Origin: Eubacteriales bacterium
Lineage (GTDB): Bacteria > Bacillota > Clostridia > Oscillospirales > CAG-272
Assembly (NCBI GenBank): GCA_034101145.1
Contig: JAXEKG010000002.1
Coordinates: forward strand, 81,981-145,980
Direction of reading: 5' to 3'
DNA: 64,000 bases
In this document: positions 43,882 through 53,386 of the stretch, piece after piece
How positions within the stretch are numbered: the stretch's first letter is position 1
Layout of the letters: each line of letters opens with the position of its first letter
Made by a program: the position numbers and the translations under genes
Notes under the pieces: model-generated
What the model saw: the letters and a program-made list of their open reading frames with translations, nothing else
Told to the model about the DNA's origin: nothing
Database searches by the model: none

Positions 43882-45133
43882 AAAATCGCAACATAAAATA
43901 CTGATTATAAAAGAACCGAAGATATTTGACATGAACACCTTAAAGCAAAACAAAAACAGAGTTGAAGAAAACAAGATAATTGCGATACATATCCACAAAA
44001 ACCATCCTAATTTGCACCGTGCGGTTGCCAATGTAAACAATTTCATACACAAAAATACCGTACTCGTCATAGCAATTGCTCTTGCCGCCGTAACCTCGGT
44101 AATAGTGCCCCCGGGAAAAGAATATATTGGTTATTTCGATTTCAAAACTCTTTGCTGTCTTTTCTGCACGCTCGCCGTTGTATGCGCTCTGAAAAACATA
44201 CGCTTTTTCACCAAAATTGCAGAAAAAGTAGTGTCGGTTTCAGGCAATACGAGAATTGCGGCAATCGTGCTCGTATACATAACCTTTATCGGCTCGATGT
44301 TTCTTGCCAACGATATGGCGCTCCTTACGTTTCTTCCGCTCGGCTTCTATGTTTTCTCTTCCTGCGGAAAAGAAAAATACATGGCGTTTGTATTCATAAT
44401 GCAGAATATAGCGGCAAATCTGGGTGGGATGCTCACTCCGTTCGGAAATCCGCAGAACCTTTATCTTTATGAAAAGTTTTCGATAGGAAACGGCGAATTC
44501 GTCTGTATAATGCTCTTTCCGTTCATGCTTTCAATAGCTATGATAACAGTAATGTGTGTAGTATTTATAAAGCCGGAAAAGGCGGAAATAAAATCTCGGG
44601 ACTATACTCCGTTGCCAACGGCAAAGTGCATTGCATATCTTATTCTGTTTGCGCTATCCGTCCTTCTGGTTTTCCGAATAGTACCTTATTATATAGGTTT
44701 TGCAATAGTGCTCGTCTCGCTTCTTTTACTTGATCGAAATGCGTTGGGAAAAGTAGATTATTGCCTTCTTCTGACGTTCTGTGCATTTTTCGTATTTGCC
44801 GGTAACATGGCGAGAATCGAGTTTGTGAAAAATTTTCTCGCATCTCTGCTTGAGAAGGATGTTTTGCTTGTTTCTGCATTTTCCTGTCAGCTGATAAGCA
44901 ACGTTCCGACCGCCATTCTGCTCTCAAACTTCACAGACAATTACAGAGAACTTTTGCTGGGAGTAAATATCGGCGGAACCGGTACTCTGATAGCATCATT
45001 GGCAAGCCTTATAACGTTCAGGGAATATACTTCCAGATACCCCGAAAACACGAAAAAATACTTGCTTTTATTCACAACACTTAACGTATTTTTTCTCGTC
45101 ACGCTTATTCTGTTTACACGTATAATACTCTGA
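43865..45133 (+). CDS. ArsB/NhaD-superfamily anion permease (YbiR-like)
   Basis: A polytopic protein with the FGNPQNLYLY motif. The start is uncertain: ATG 43865 overlaps the upstream gene by 17 nt, and ATG 43931 is an alternative. Confidence 0.7.
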   Translation: MPTTNKKSQHKILIIKEPKIFDMNTLKQNKNRVEENKIIAIHIHKNHPNLHRAVANVNNFIHKNTVLVIAIALAAVTSVIVPPGKEYIGYFDFKTLCCLFCTLAVVCALKNIRFFTKIAEKVVSVSGNTRIAAIVLVYITFIGSMFLANDMALLTFLPLGFYVFSSCGKEKYMAFVFIMQNIAANLGGMLTPFGNPQNLYLYEKFSIGNGEFVCIMLFPFMLSIAMITVMCVVFIKPEKAEIKSRDYTPLPTAKCIAYLILFALSVLLVFRIVPYYIGFAIVLVSLLLLDRNALGKVDYCLLLTFCAFFVFAGNMARIEFVKNFLASLLEKDVLLVSAFSCQLISNVPTAILLSNFTDNYRELLLGVNIGGTGTLIASLASLITFREYTSRYPENTKKYLLLFTTLNVFFLVTLILFTRIIL

Positions 45134-45174
45134 ATAATAATTTTGATTTTTATTGAAATAAATCTCGGTTTTTA

Positions 45175-45204
45175 TTGACATTATAATCATAAATATGGTA
45201 AAAT
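45175..45204 (+). promoter_or_regulatory. sigma-A-type promoter for the aminotransferase gene
   Basis: TTGACA (45175-45180), an 18-nt spacer ending in TGg, then TAAAAT (45199-45204). Confidence 0.55.
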
Positions 45205-45243
45205 AGATGAAAATTCGTCGCAAGACAAGAAGGAGGAACACGG

Positions 45244-46452
45244 ATGAAATGTTCAACTAAAATTCAAAATGTACAGTCCGATATACGCGGACCGTTATAC
45301 GTGGAGGCGACGAAAATGGAGGCGGCGGGTGAGAAGATTCTGAAAATCAACTCCGGCAATCCCGCCATATTCGGTCTCTGTGCTCCCGACAGTGTCAAGA
45401 ATGCTATCAAGGAGCATATAGACAGGGCCGTTCCATACTGCGACTTCCGCGGAATGCCCGAGGCGCGAGCGGCAATCAGGAAATATTATAGCGAAAAAGG
45501 CATAAATGACATTAACGAAAACTCAATATATATAGGAAACGGGGTAAGTGAACTTGCCGATATATCAATCTCCGTTCTTCTGGAAGAAGGAGATGAAATT
45601 CTTCTCCCGAACCCGTGTTACCCGCTATGGTCGAACTGTACGATAAAAGTGGGGGCAAAACCCATATACTATACCTGTGACGAGGGCGCAAACTGGTATC
45701 CCGACGTCGATGATATCAGACGAAAGGTTACGAAAAAAACAAAAGCCATAGTAATTATCAATCCCAATAACCCTACAGGAGCACTCTACCCCGACGAGAA
45801 CCTTATTGCCATTGCGGATATAGCACGAAAAAACGGACTTATGATTCTCTCCGATGAAATATACGACCGCCTGCTCTTTGACGGCGCAGTACATACGCCG
45901 ATGGCAAAACTCGCCCCGGATATCCCTGTAGTTACTTACAACGGATTTTCTAAGTCTCACAATATATGCGGCTACCGTGCAGGTTTTATGGTAGTTACAG
46001 GCCCGGAAAAGGAAACGGATGAGTTTCGTGCTTTTGTTGATAAGCTCACATCCCTGAGGCTCTGCGCAGGCGCTATACCGCAGCTTATTATTCCTGCCGC
46101 ACTCAGCGACAGACAAAGCACGATCGACATGCTCTCTCCCGGCGGAGGACTTTACGAGAGACGCCGTGCCACCATAGAGGCTATGGAGAAATCGGATACG
46201 ATGTCCTTTGTTAAAAACACAGGCGCGCTTTATATGTTTCCACGGATAAAATCCGACTACGTTATTAACGACGACCGCGAGTTTGCATCCATTCTTCTTC
46301 ACGAAGAACATATTCTTCTCGTCCCGGGAAGCGGATTTCACTATTCTACCCCCGACCATTTCAGAATAGTTATGCTTCCAAAGCCCGAGCAGTTGCACAG
46401 TGCAATCGAGTCTATAGACCGAGTTATCAAAAAGCATTTTTCAAAACATTGA
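45244..46452 (+). CDS. alaA: PLP-dependent aminotransferase, AlaA-type (class I)
   Basis: The N-terminus DIRGPLYVEATKMEAAGEKILKINSGNPAIFG parallels AlaA (YfbQ). The PLP-lysine region FSKSHNICGYRAG is present. AAGGAGG precedes the ATG. Confidence 0.8.
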   Translation: MKCSTKIQNVQSDIRGPLYVEATKMEAAGEKILKINSGNPAIFGLCAPDSVKNAIKEHIDRAVPYCDFRGMPEARAAIRKYYSEKGINDINENSIYIGNGVSELADISISVLLEEGDEILLPNPCYPLWSNCTIKVGAKPIYYTCDEGANWYPDVDDIRRKVTKKTKAIVIINPNNPTGALYPDENLIAIADIARKNGLMILSDEIYDRLLFDGAVHTPMAKLAPDIPVVTYNGFSKSHNICGYRAGFMVVTGPEKETDEFRAFVDKLTSLRLCAGAIPQLIIPAALSDRQSTIDMLSPGGGLYERRRATIEAMEKSDTMSFVKNTGALYMFPRIKSDYVINDDREFASILLHEEHILLVPGSGFHYSTPDHFRIVMLPKPEQLHSAIESIDRVIKKHFSKH

Positions 46453-46460
46453 AAAAAACA

Positions 46461-46492
46461 GGATAGCAAAAATTTTGCTATCCTTTTGTTTT
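46461..46492. terminator. bidirectional intrinsic terminator between alaA and the convergent membrane-protein gene
   Basis: A perfect stem GGATAGCAAA/TTTGCTATCC is flanked by an A run upstream and TTTTGTTTTG downstream. Confidence 0.85.
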
Positions 46493-46575
46493 GAAAAACA
46501 CCCGCTTTGCGCACAAAGTATAATGTGATGCACTTTATAAAATCTTTCTAAAAGATAAACCGGAATTTGAAAACC

Positions 46576-47010
46576 TCATTTTGCATTTCTATATGAAATC
46601 ACAATATGACTTGTTGCAAATAAAACCGATGCAATAATCAACAGCACTGACCTAATCATAATACCTCTAAAGAGGAACAAAATTGAAGGAATGATAGAGA
46701 GTGCAAATGCTCTGAAAACGCTATTTTTCTTAAAACATATAATCCAGATTACACAATAAAGCATTACCAATATTGCATCTACAATCAGATATATCGAAAA
46801 TGCTTCGTCAGACCACCACCCGAAGCGGGTTCCCGGAATATCGATTACCATAAATACGAGACAGCCGATTCTCCCCGCCTTTTCTACGACCTCAACATAT
46901 TTATTTGTCGACTTATTGACAAAGCCATCCTTGCACTTAATCGTAAATATAATATTTGGAATCAAAATGATGACAATAAAAATCAGTCCGAAAACATTAA
47001 ACCATTCCAT
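46576..47010 (-). CDS. hypothetical membrane protein
   Basis: A 144-aa protein with four predicted TM segments and its own promoter at 47046-47074. I recognise no family. Confidence 0.5.
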   Translation of the reverse strand: MEWFNVFGLIFIVIILIPNIIFTIKCKDGFVNKSTNKYVEVVEKAGRIGCLVFMVIDIPGTRFGWWSDEAFSIYLIVDAILVMLYCVIWIICFKKNSVFRAFALSIIPSILFLFRGIMIRSVLLIIASVLFATSHIVISYRNAK

Positions 47011-47045
47011 TTTGCACTCACAAATTTTTATTTATCGTTGAGATA

Positions 47046-47074
47046 ATTATAACAAAAAAACAATCAGAAATCAA
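47046..47074 (-). promoter_or_regulatory. sigma-A-type promoter for the 144-aa membrane protein gene
   Basis: The minus strand reads TTGATT (47069-47074), a 17-nt spacer ending in TGt, then TATAAT (47046-47051). Confidence 0.6.
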
Positions 47075-47090
47075 GTTGTTTTACGTGCAT

Positions 47091-47132
47091 AAAAGAAATG
47101 GCTGACGCAAGCAACAAAAACTTGCGACAGCC
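47091..47132 (-). terminator. intrinsic terminator after thiN
   Basis: A 12-bp stem spans 47100-47132 with one mismatch and a 9-nt loop. On the minus strand it is followed by AUUUCUUUU. Confidence 0.75.
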
Positions 47133-47214
47133 CCTCTTATAAATTATTCAATTAAAGTCCTTATGTGAACTGCGGTAATCACCCGTATTTTATTATTCTT
47201 AATTTTTAGGTCTT

Positions 47215-47889
47215 TTACTGAGTTTCGTCTAACAGCTTTATCGCGTTATCAATATCGAAGAGTACAACGGAGAGGGTGCCGTGACTACATGAAATGCTTG
47301 CCCGCTCGCCTATGAATTCGTTACTGATTCCTAGAGAATCAAATGCGCTAAGCTCCTTGTCCTGCACGGTATACTTCAGCCCTCTCTCGCAAACGCCGAG
47401 CACCTTACCCCCTACCGGAAACACCGAAATGATGCCTGAGAAATTCTCCGAAAAATTCACCGAGGACAGTTTTTTACCTTTGTTTTTACCTCCGATGATT
47501 GTAAACACGGCACAATCCTGTCCGAACAATATACCGCGAACACCCATATCGGAAAGCCGTGCGCAAAGCTGTATATTAGCTATTGAATGGTCGAGCCTGC
47601 CTCCGAGAGCGCCGTACATACAGAATGTATCGCACCCGTGAGAAAGCCCCGCATTTACTGCCGCATCCATATCGGTTACATCCTTTTCTCGCGGCAGCAA
47701 AGTTATATTATCACCTTGTGGAATATATCCGAGAGAGTCGAAGTCTCCGACTATAAAATCAGCTGTAAGACCGAGCTCGCACACTTTACGGTATCCGCCG
47801 TCGGAGGCAATAATGATATCGTATTTTTTCGGCAAAACAACCTTATGCGGATATTCTCCGGCGCCGAAAACACAGCATATTTTACTCAT
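47215..47889 (-). CDS. thiN: thiamine diphosphokinase
   Basis: The motifs ASDGGY, VGDFDS, DVTDMDAAV and GALGGRLDHSIANI are present. AGGAGG lies upstream. Confidence 0.85.
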   Translation of the reverse strand: MSKICCVFGAGEYPHKVVLPKKYDIIIASDGGYRKVCELGLTADFIVGDFDSLGYIPQGDNITLLPREKDVTDMDAAVNAGLSHGCDTFCMYGALGGRLDHSIANIQLCARLSDMGVRGILFGQDCAVFTIIGGKNKGKKLSSVNFSENFSGIISVFPVGGKVLGVCERGLKYTVQDKELSAFDSLGISNEFIGERASISCSHGTLSVVLFDIDNAIKLLDETQ

Positions 47890-47937
47890 TATTCTCTTTG
47901 TTGCCTCCTTTCCGTTCTTGACGGTGATAATGCGAGC

Positions 47938-48780
47938 TTAATCGTCCTCTCCGTATGTGAGCGGTATTTTATAAACCTCTTCATACTTGTTTTTGCAAAG
48001 CTCATAGTTTTTTTCGAGCATTTGTCGAGCATTATCATTGTACGAAAGATTGGGGTCGGGATATATCGGGGGCATTATATGCACCGTATATTTTATATTC
48101 GGACATCCGTCCGAATCGTAGCCGCAGAGCTCGCTGAGAGTAGTAAAACACGGAACGACCGGAACGTTGTTTTTTGCCGCATAATAATATGCGCCTATTC
48201 TGTATTTTCTCGGTTTTGTGTAGTTATACCACATGGCTTGCTCGGGATATACCAAAACACAGTCCCCGCGCGAAAGCAAAGTCTCTATCGCCCGACCGAG
48301 GTTCACCATAGTACGGTGATTAGAACTTATAGGCAATGTGTTACAGTATTTGAGCAAAAAACCGAGAAATCCGGGTATAAAATAATTTCCCTCGCGTATC
48401 ACACGCCAGAATCTGTGTTTTCCCGGCATTGCTTTACATACGAGTTTCGGACCGAGATTCTCGAACTTGTTAAAATGATTTGACGTAATTATAGCTCCGC
48501 CCCTGATATCTGCGACGTTCTCTTTTCCCAAAAGCTCTATCTCATGCGCTTTTATTATTCTTCCGGCGCCGACGGCTTCTATGAGCCTTGCAACGGTGGC
48601 CTTTACTTTGTTTCCCATCTTCTTATACAGATAATCGACGTCGGATGGCATAAGCGTCCTTGAAGGTGGGTCGTTCTCCACGTCACAGAAGAAGTATTCT
48701 CCGCCGAGCTTTTCATATTCCTTGATTTTATTTATAACCGATACACGGTCTTCGGAAAGCCCGGGCAACGCTATATTCAC
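47938..48780 (-). CDS. PlsC-like (LPLAT-superfamily) acyltransferase, paralog 1
   Basis: The acyltransferase blocks are SNHFNKFEN (HX4E instead of HX4D) and VYPEQAMW. The GTG 48780 start is supported by AAGGAGGAG 6 nt upstream. Confidence 0.7.
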   Translation of the reverse strand: MNIALPGLSEDRVSVINKIKEYEKLGGEYFFCDVENDPPSRTLMPSDVDYLYKKMGNKVKATVARLIEAVGAGRIIKAHEIELLGKENVADIRGGAIITSNHFNKFENLGPKLVCKAMPGKHRFWRVIREGNYFIPGFLGFLLKYCNTLPISSNHRTMVNLGRAIETLLSRGDCVLVYPEQAMWYNYTKPRKYRIGAYYYAAKNNVPVVPCFTTLSELCGYDSDGCPNIKYTVHIMPPIYPDPNLSYNDNARQMLEKNYELCKNKYEEVYKIPLTYGEDD

Positions 48781-48867
48781 GGTTCTCTCCTCCTTAGGTT
48801 ACAACAGATTTTTACTTGCAAAATGATGTTTCGGAAATGTGCAATTGATATTTTGATATCACAACTG

Positions 48868-49863
48868 TTATTTTGACAGAATTTTTCTGAATGTATTCGG
48901 AGATTGCACTATTCTGTAACTTTTTTCTATCATAGAGCGCAGAGCGCGCCTGTCTCTTAACCTCTGTTTCATAGTGAAATGTTTTTTCATAGACAATATC
49001 CTGTCGTAATATTCGGTTTTGGCAGCATATTCCCAGAAATAATTTCCAAAACGAACTCTCGAGTAAACCCACGGTTTTTTGAACATATTATAGTGGACGA
49101 TTTTCGGTGTTCCGCAGAACTTTTTTCTCGACCACATAACGTTCCACGCAGGTTCGAGATACTTGACTTTGCCGTGGCAAAGAATATTGAGATAGTCCTG
49201 ATCCGGGGCAATAGTCTCAAAACGGTATTTTGTAAACAACTCTACAAAGCGGTTTTCTATATTGGCACGACGAAGCTCATTGAGATTCATGAGCATCATT
49301 CCCGAATTGAAGTACTCGTTATAGGGTATTCCCAGAGCGTCGTTTGCATATGAATGAAACGGACGATAGCCGGAAACAACCGTATCCTGAATAACCCCGA
49401 GAAAATCATTGTCAATGTCTGTTTTATAGAGCTTTGCGATGTCGTCAAGAACAACGATGTCACAGTCCAGATATATCGCCTTGTCAATGTTCTTAAACAT
49501 AGATGCTATGAAGAGGCGGAAGTAAATCGATATGGTATAATAGTCACGCAGCTGCAAGCTCTCGTCACCGAGAGCGCGAATCTTATCACGCACATCAACA
49601 AATTCTACGGATACGTTTTCCGTCGCCATAGTCTCGATAGACCTTCTCGATACATCTGAAAGATCGGTATAAAGAATATATATCCGATATTCGTTTTTAT
49701 CCGAAGAATTATCGATAATTGATCTTATTGCAACCGAGAGAAACGGTATATAATTTTCATCGCTTGAGAAGAACACGGGCACGCATACTCCATCTTTTTG
49801 TTCCGAGGCGGTATCGTTATCCGTTATGTTCTTTGACGTTTCATAATTTGTAATTTGAGTCAT
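48868..49863 (-). CDS. glycosyltransferase family 8 (A)
   Basis: The N-terminus is GT8-like (PVFFSSDENYIPFLSVAIRSI) and the DxD region reads YLDCDIVVLDDI. ATG 49863 has AAGGAG upstream and lies 1 nt after the upstream stop. The track start is longer. Confidence 0.8.
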   Translation of the reverse strand: MTQITNYETSKNITDNDTASEQKDGVCVPVFFSSDENYIPFLSVAIRSIIDNSSDKNEYRIYILYTDLSDVSRRSIETMATENVSVEFVDVRDKIRALGDESLQLRDYYTISIYFRLFIASMFKNIDKAIYLDCDIVVLDDIAKLYKTDIDNDFLGVIQDTVVSGYRPFHSYANDALGIPYNEYFNSGMMLMNLNELRRANIENRFVELFTKYRFETIAPDQDYLNILCHGKVKYLEPAWNVMWSRKKFCGTPKIVHYNMFKKPWVYSRVRFGNYFWEYAAKTEYYDRILSMKKHFTMKQRLRDRRALRSMIEKSYRIVQSPNTFRKILSK

Positions 49864-49864
49864 A

Positions 49865-50701
49865 CTATTTCTCCTTATCGCATTTTTCTTCATTGCGATT
49901 GCCGTATTCATTCAAAAACGGTTCTACACGCTTGTAATCGTACTTATATAAATACTTTTTTATTCGATCGGGGTGCCACGGCTTTATGTTCTGGGTGTGA
50001 AAGTACGGCAGCCATTTTACAGTCATGGAAAAATGACGTATAACCGTATTTTCAAAGCACCTCTTCTGCTCGTTGAATCTTCTGTTGAGTAACAGTCGCG
50101 ATTGCGTACAGGAGTTTATCGCAGACTGGTCTGCCAGAAAGATTTTCTTCTCCGCACATAATTGAGTTGCACGTGAAAACATTCCGCTCTCCCTTATCTT
50201 CTTCATGTTCAACAGCATAACACCACTGTTAATGTAGCCAAAGCCGAAGAAAAATTTACCTATATAATCCCTGACGGCGGCATATTCGTAGTTGTCTACG
50301 TCGATATCATACAGCTCTTCTATATCGCCGACAATCACCGTGTCCGTATCCAGATAAAGTATTTTATCGGGTATCTCGTCTATACGGTCTGACAAAAGAC
50401 GCAGAAGGGCGTACGGAGTATATGAATTCTCGGCATTCGGAGAATGTTGAAGGTATTTCAGATAAATCTCACGACAATCCAGAAGACTAACTGAGCTTTG
50501 GTCGTTTTTACTCTTGAGTATTCGGCAAATACTCTCAGCGTCTGCCTCGGTTATCGGGGTATATTTTTTGTTTACGTCCGTCAAGTCCATAGTGAGCACA
50601 TACACGCATACGGATTGTGTGGTTCTCGCACATAGTGATGAGAGCGATATCAGCAGACCGTCGAGAACTCCTCTGTTACCGCTATACATTACGTTTATCA
50701 T
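49865..50701 (-). CDS. glycosyltransferase family 8 (B)
   Basis: The DxD region reads YLDTDTVIVGDI. It overlaps the upstream acyltransferase gene as ATGA. Confidence 0.8.
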   Translation of the reverse strand: MINVMYSGNRGVLDGLLISLSSLCARTTQSVCVYVLTMDLTDVNKKYTPITEADAESICRILKSKNDQSSVSLLDCREIYLKYLQHSPNAENSYTPYALLRLLSDRIDEIPDKILYLDTDTVIVGDIEELYDIDVDNYEYAAVRDYIGKFFFGFGYINSGVMLLNMKKIRESGMFSRATQLCAEKKIFLADQSAINSCTQSRLLLNRRFNEQKRCFENTVIRHFSMTVKWLPYFHTQNIKPWHPDRIKKYLYKYDYKRVEPFLNEYGNRNEEKCDKEK

Positions 50702-51498
50702 TTTAACGTCTCCTTCGGAGTATCTTTTATATATTTTATGGGTGCATACGTCGAGGCTTCCGCCCTTTTCGTCATCGCGTCGAACACCTCAGATGATAAT
50801 TTCTTCATTTGTTCACGCGCGCTCAGCTCCTCATCGGGATAGAAAGGACCGTCAATATACGTAGTTATCTTCGGTGCCTTTCCGTGCTTTTTTTTAGAAA
50901 AAGTATTCGTGAAGCAATAAACCGGGTCCCTGAATTTTACGGGATAGGCAAACGAGGAGAGATGAAGCGGACGTATAAAATTACAATACGGCCATACGTG
51001 CGCCTCGGGATAAATCATAACGCAGTTATGCTCTACAACCCTCTTTTCTATGGCGCTGAGAAAGTTGTTTTTTGCATGAAAATCCGTCGGTATAGGTATA
51101 GCTCCGTTCATCAGAAGAAAGCTTTTCATGAACGGAAGGGATATATTGTCCGCATGGACAACAACATATGTTTTGCGCGGAAAGTTAATAATATTGGGAA
51201 TGAAAGCATCCCCTCCGAAAAGAGTGTGGTTGCCGTACATAAAATAACCCTTGTTTTTACATTCCTTCAATTTTTCTTTGCCGACTGTTTTGTGTCTGAA
51301 TTTAATTTTACAATACACATATGCTATCGGAACCATAATGAGTCTGTAGACTATAAACTCCAGGATACGCCATATGAAATTCTTCCTTACGTATTTGAAA
51401 TCTCGGTTTACCGCAACCGTTTTTCTATCGATACCCGCCACCTCATCGTTTTCCTCATCACGGTAGTGTATAGATTTAATTTCATTTTCCCCCGTCAT
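50698..51498 (-). CDS. PlsC-like (LPLAT-superfamily) acyltransferase, paralog 2
   Basis: The blocks are GNHTLFGGD (HX5D spacing) and IYPEAHVW. There is an N-terminal TM helix. GGAAAGGAGG lies upstream. Confidence 0.7.
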   Translation of the reverse strand: MTGENEIKSIHYRDEENDEVAGIDRKTVAVNRDFKYVRKNFIWRILEFIVYRLIMVPIAYVYCKIKFRHKTVGKEKLKECKNKGYFMYGNHTLFGGDAFIPNIINFPRKTYVVVHADNISLPFMKSFLLMNGAIPIPTDFHAKNNFLSAIEKRVVEHNCVMIYPEAHVWPYCNFIRPLHLSSFAYPVKFRDPVYCFTNTFSKKKHGKAPKITTYIDGPFYPDEELSAREQMKKLSSEVFDAMTKRAEASTYAPIKYIKDTPKETLK

Positions 51499-51626
51499 TA
51501 CATATCCTCCTTTCCGACGTTCTGATAAATCTTTTATTCTTACATTCTATATTGTACATGTTTTTGATAAAAAGACAACCTACTTTAATGTGTCGAAAAA
51601 GAAGAGTTTGATTCTACCCGATATAG

Positions 51627-51662
51627 AGTAAAAAAGACGTTTCTACAAACAGTAGAAACGTC
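51627..51662 (-). terminator. intrinsic terminator after the XRE regulator gene
   Basis: A perfect 11-bp stem AGACGTTTCTA/TAGAAACGTCT with a 7-nt loop, followed by U6 on the minus strand. A weaker AT-rich hairpin at 51733-51750 plus U5 precedes it. Confidence 0.85.
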
Positions 51663-51765
51663 TACGAAATATAATATATAGCTTAGCATTATTCGATAAT
51701 GTGCGATATTTGGGTTATTAAACCAAAAACTGTGTAAACATTTGTTTACATCAAGACGATTTTGC

Positions 51766-52362
51766 TCAGTTTTTGTATTTGCGGGCCAGGAACAGCAATA
51801 TTATAGACACCTGCATCGGAATACCGATAAGATATATCATCCATATATTAACGTTCTTCCAAATAAGTATATACAGGAACGCCGACGTGAGTATGCTCCA
51901 GTTAAGGAACGAGTCAATTATCACAATATGCCTGCCTCCAAAACATTTTTTGTTCTGATAATGCAGAAATATAAGGGAAACCGGAACGGCCCAAACAAAA
52001 TATATCCACATGTTTTTTCCGTCCGTCAACTGCACATAGACAAATGCAAGTATAGCGACGAGCCAAACTACGACCACCGCCAAAAGATTTATGGCAATGC
52101 GATATCCGAGTGCCGTCTTATCCGTCTGATACTTTTCTTTTTCGGCAAAAGCATTTTCATGTACGAAAAAGTCAAGGCTGACACCGAACAGCTCCGCTAA
52201 ATCACTCAGCACCTTTATATCAGGAATGGATTCTCCCCTCTCCCATTTCGAGACGGATTTATCCGAGTAATTTATTTTTTCCGCGAGCTCCGCCTGTGTC
52301 AGTTTCTTTGATTTTCTGAGTTCGGTTATGTTTGCCGCCACTATTTTTTCAAGTTCTTTCAT
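51766..52362 (-). CDS. XRE-family HTH regulator with C-terminal multi-TM domain
   Basis: An HTH_3 domain (LRKSKKLTQAELAEKINYSDKSVSKWERGESIP) is followed by about four TM helices. Confidence 0.8.
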   Translation of the reverse strand: MKELEKIVAANITELRKSKKLTQAELAEKINYSDKSVSKWERGESIPDIKVLSDLAELFGVSLDFFVHENAFAEKEKYQTDKTALGYRIAINLLAVVVVWLVAILAFVYVQLTDGKNMWIYFVWAVPVSLIFLHYQNKKCFGGRHIVIIDSFLNWSILTSAFLYILIWKNVNIWMIYLIGIPMQVSIILLFLARKYKN

Positions 52363-52502
52363 GTAATCAATTATACATTATTCCCGCAAAAAAGTCAAGC
52401 GATTTATATTGATATCATTATTGGTTAAGGAACTGTTTTAATTATCCCGTAGTGAAAATGTCCAAATATTTTTTATTAAGGTATATATTTCTACTTATCC
52501 GA

Positions 52503-52531
52503 TTGACAAAAGGTTTTTTCTGTTTTATACT
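52503..52531 (+). promoter_or_regulatory. sigma-A-type promoter for the first PHP phosphatase gene
   Basis: TTGACA (52503-52508), a 17-nt spacer, then TATACT (52526-52531). Confidence 0.6.
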
Positions 52532-52576
52532 GTTGACGTGGAAAAAATTAACCTATTTTTTAACGGAAGAAACAAA

Positions 52577-53386
52577 ATGAATATGAAAAAAAACTATCAC
52601 ACTCACACATACCGATGCAAGCATGCAAGCGGTACGGACGAGGAATACGTGCTTGCCGCAATAAATGCAGGACTTGACGTTATCGGATTCTCCGATCATT
52701 CCCCGTACCCAATGCCGAACGGATATGTTACCTGGTATAGGCAGTCGGAAAAGGAAGCGGAGGATTATATGAATTCTCTTCTTTATCTACGCGAAAAATA
52801 CCGAAGCAAAATCAAAATTCTGATAGGATACGAGGCCGAGTATTATCCGTCGTACTTTGAAAGCTTACTTAGACTTTACCGCACATATCCGCTTGACTAC
52901 GTGATACTCGGTCAACACAATATCGGCGAGGAGTTATTGGGATGCACGGACAGCTTCTCTCCAACAGATGATATTGAGGTTCTGAAACATTACGTATCCC
53001 AGGTATGTGAAGGACTGAGAACCGGGGTTTTCACTTATCTTGCACATCCGGACTGCATAAAATTCACAGGCGACGAAAACGTATATCTGCGTGAAATGGC
53101 ACCGATATGCGAGACCGCAAAAGAATTAAATATCCCTCTTGAGCTGAATTTACTCGGTCTTTCACAGAACCGCATATATCCGAGGGAAAGCTTCTGGAGC
53201 ATGGTAGGAGAATACGGAAACGAAGTAATAATGGGTTCGGATGCACACAGTCCCGACCGTGTATGCGTAAAGGAAGAATACGAGAAAGCATTTGAGAGAT
53301 TCGTAATTCCAAACAGTCTTATTATTATCGATTCGCCTGTCCTTTTGTCACCGTTTAAGAACAAGTTAAACAAAAAACAAAAATGA
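52577..53386 (+). CDS. HisJ-family histidinol-phosphatase-like PHP protein (1)
   Basis: It has the PHP motif YHTHTYRCKHA. The track start GTG 52538 would lie at or upstream of the predicted TSS, so ATG 52577 is preferred. Confidence 0.75.
   Translation: MNMKKNYHTHTYRCKHASGTDEEYVLAAINAGLDVIGFSDHSPYPMPNGYVTWYRQSEKEAEDYMNSLLYLREKYRSKIKILIGYEAEYYPSYFESLLRLYRTYPLDYVILGQHNIGEELLGCTDSFSPTDDIEVLKHYVSQVCEGLRTGVFTYLAHPDCIKFTGDENVYLREMAPICETAKELNIPLELNLLGLSQNRIYPRESFWSMVGEYGNEVIMGSDAHSPDRVCVKEEYEKAFERFVIPNSLIIIDSPVLLSPFKNKLNKKQK

Noticed and set aside
45625-46437. A 270-aa minus-strand ORF.
   Set aside because: It lies entirely antisense to the well-supported AlaA-type aminotransferase gene. It has no SD or promoter and no family resemblance, so it is a shadow ORF.
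47587-48483. A 298-aa plus-strand ORF.
   Set aside because: It is antisense to thiN and the acyltransferase gene and runs straight through their intergenic spacer. It has no SD, and its composition is typical of a shadow frame opposite real genes.
50809-51525. A 238-aa plus-strand ORF. Similar long antisense ORFs occur at 60124-60795, 34962-35591, 29792-30448, 29064-29468 and 10587-10991.
   Set aside because: All of them are embedded antisense in genes with strong family signatures. These are the acyltransferase, activase, cysS, methyltransferase, plsY and relA genes. I treat them as non-coding shadows.
51733-51750. The perfect palindrome TGTAAACA-TT-TGTTTACA, 15 nt after the XRE gene stop, considered as an operator for that regulator.
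   Set aside because: On the minus strand it is followed by CAGUUUUUGG, so the simpler reading is a weak first terminator ahead of the strong one at 51627-51662. It is kept only as a side note in a finding.
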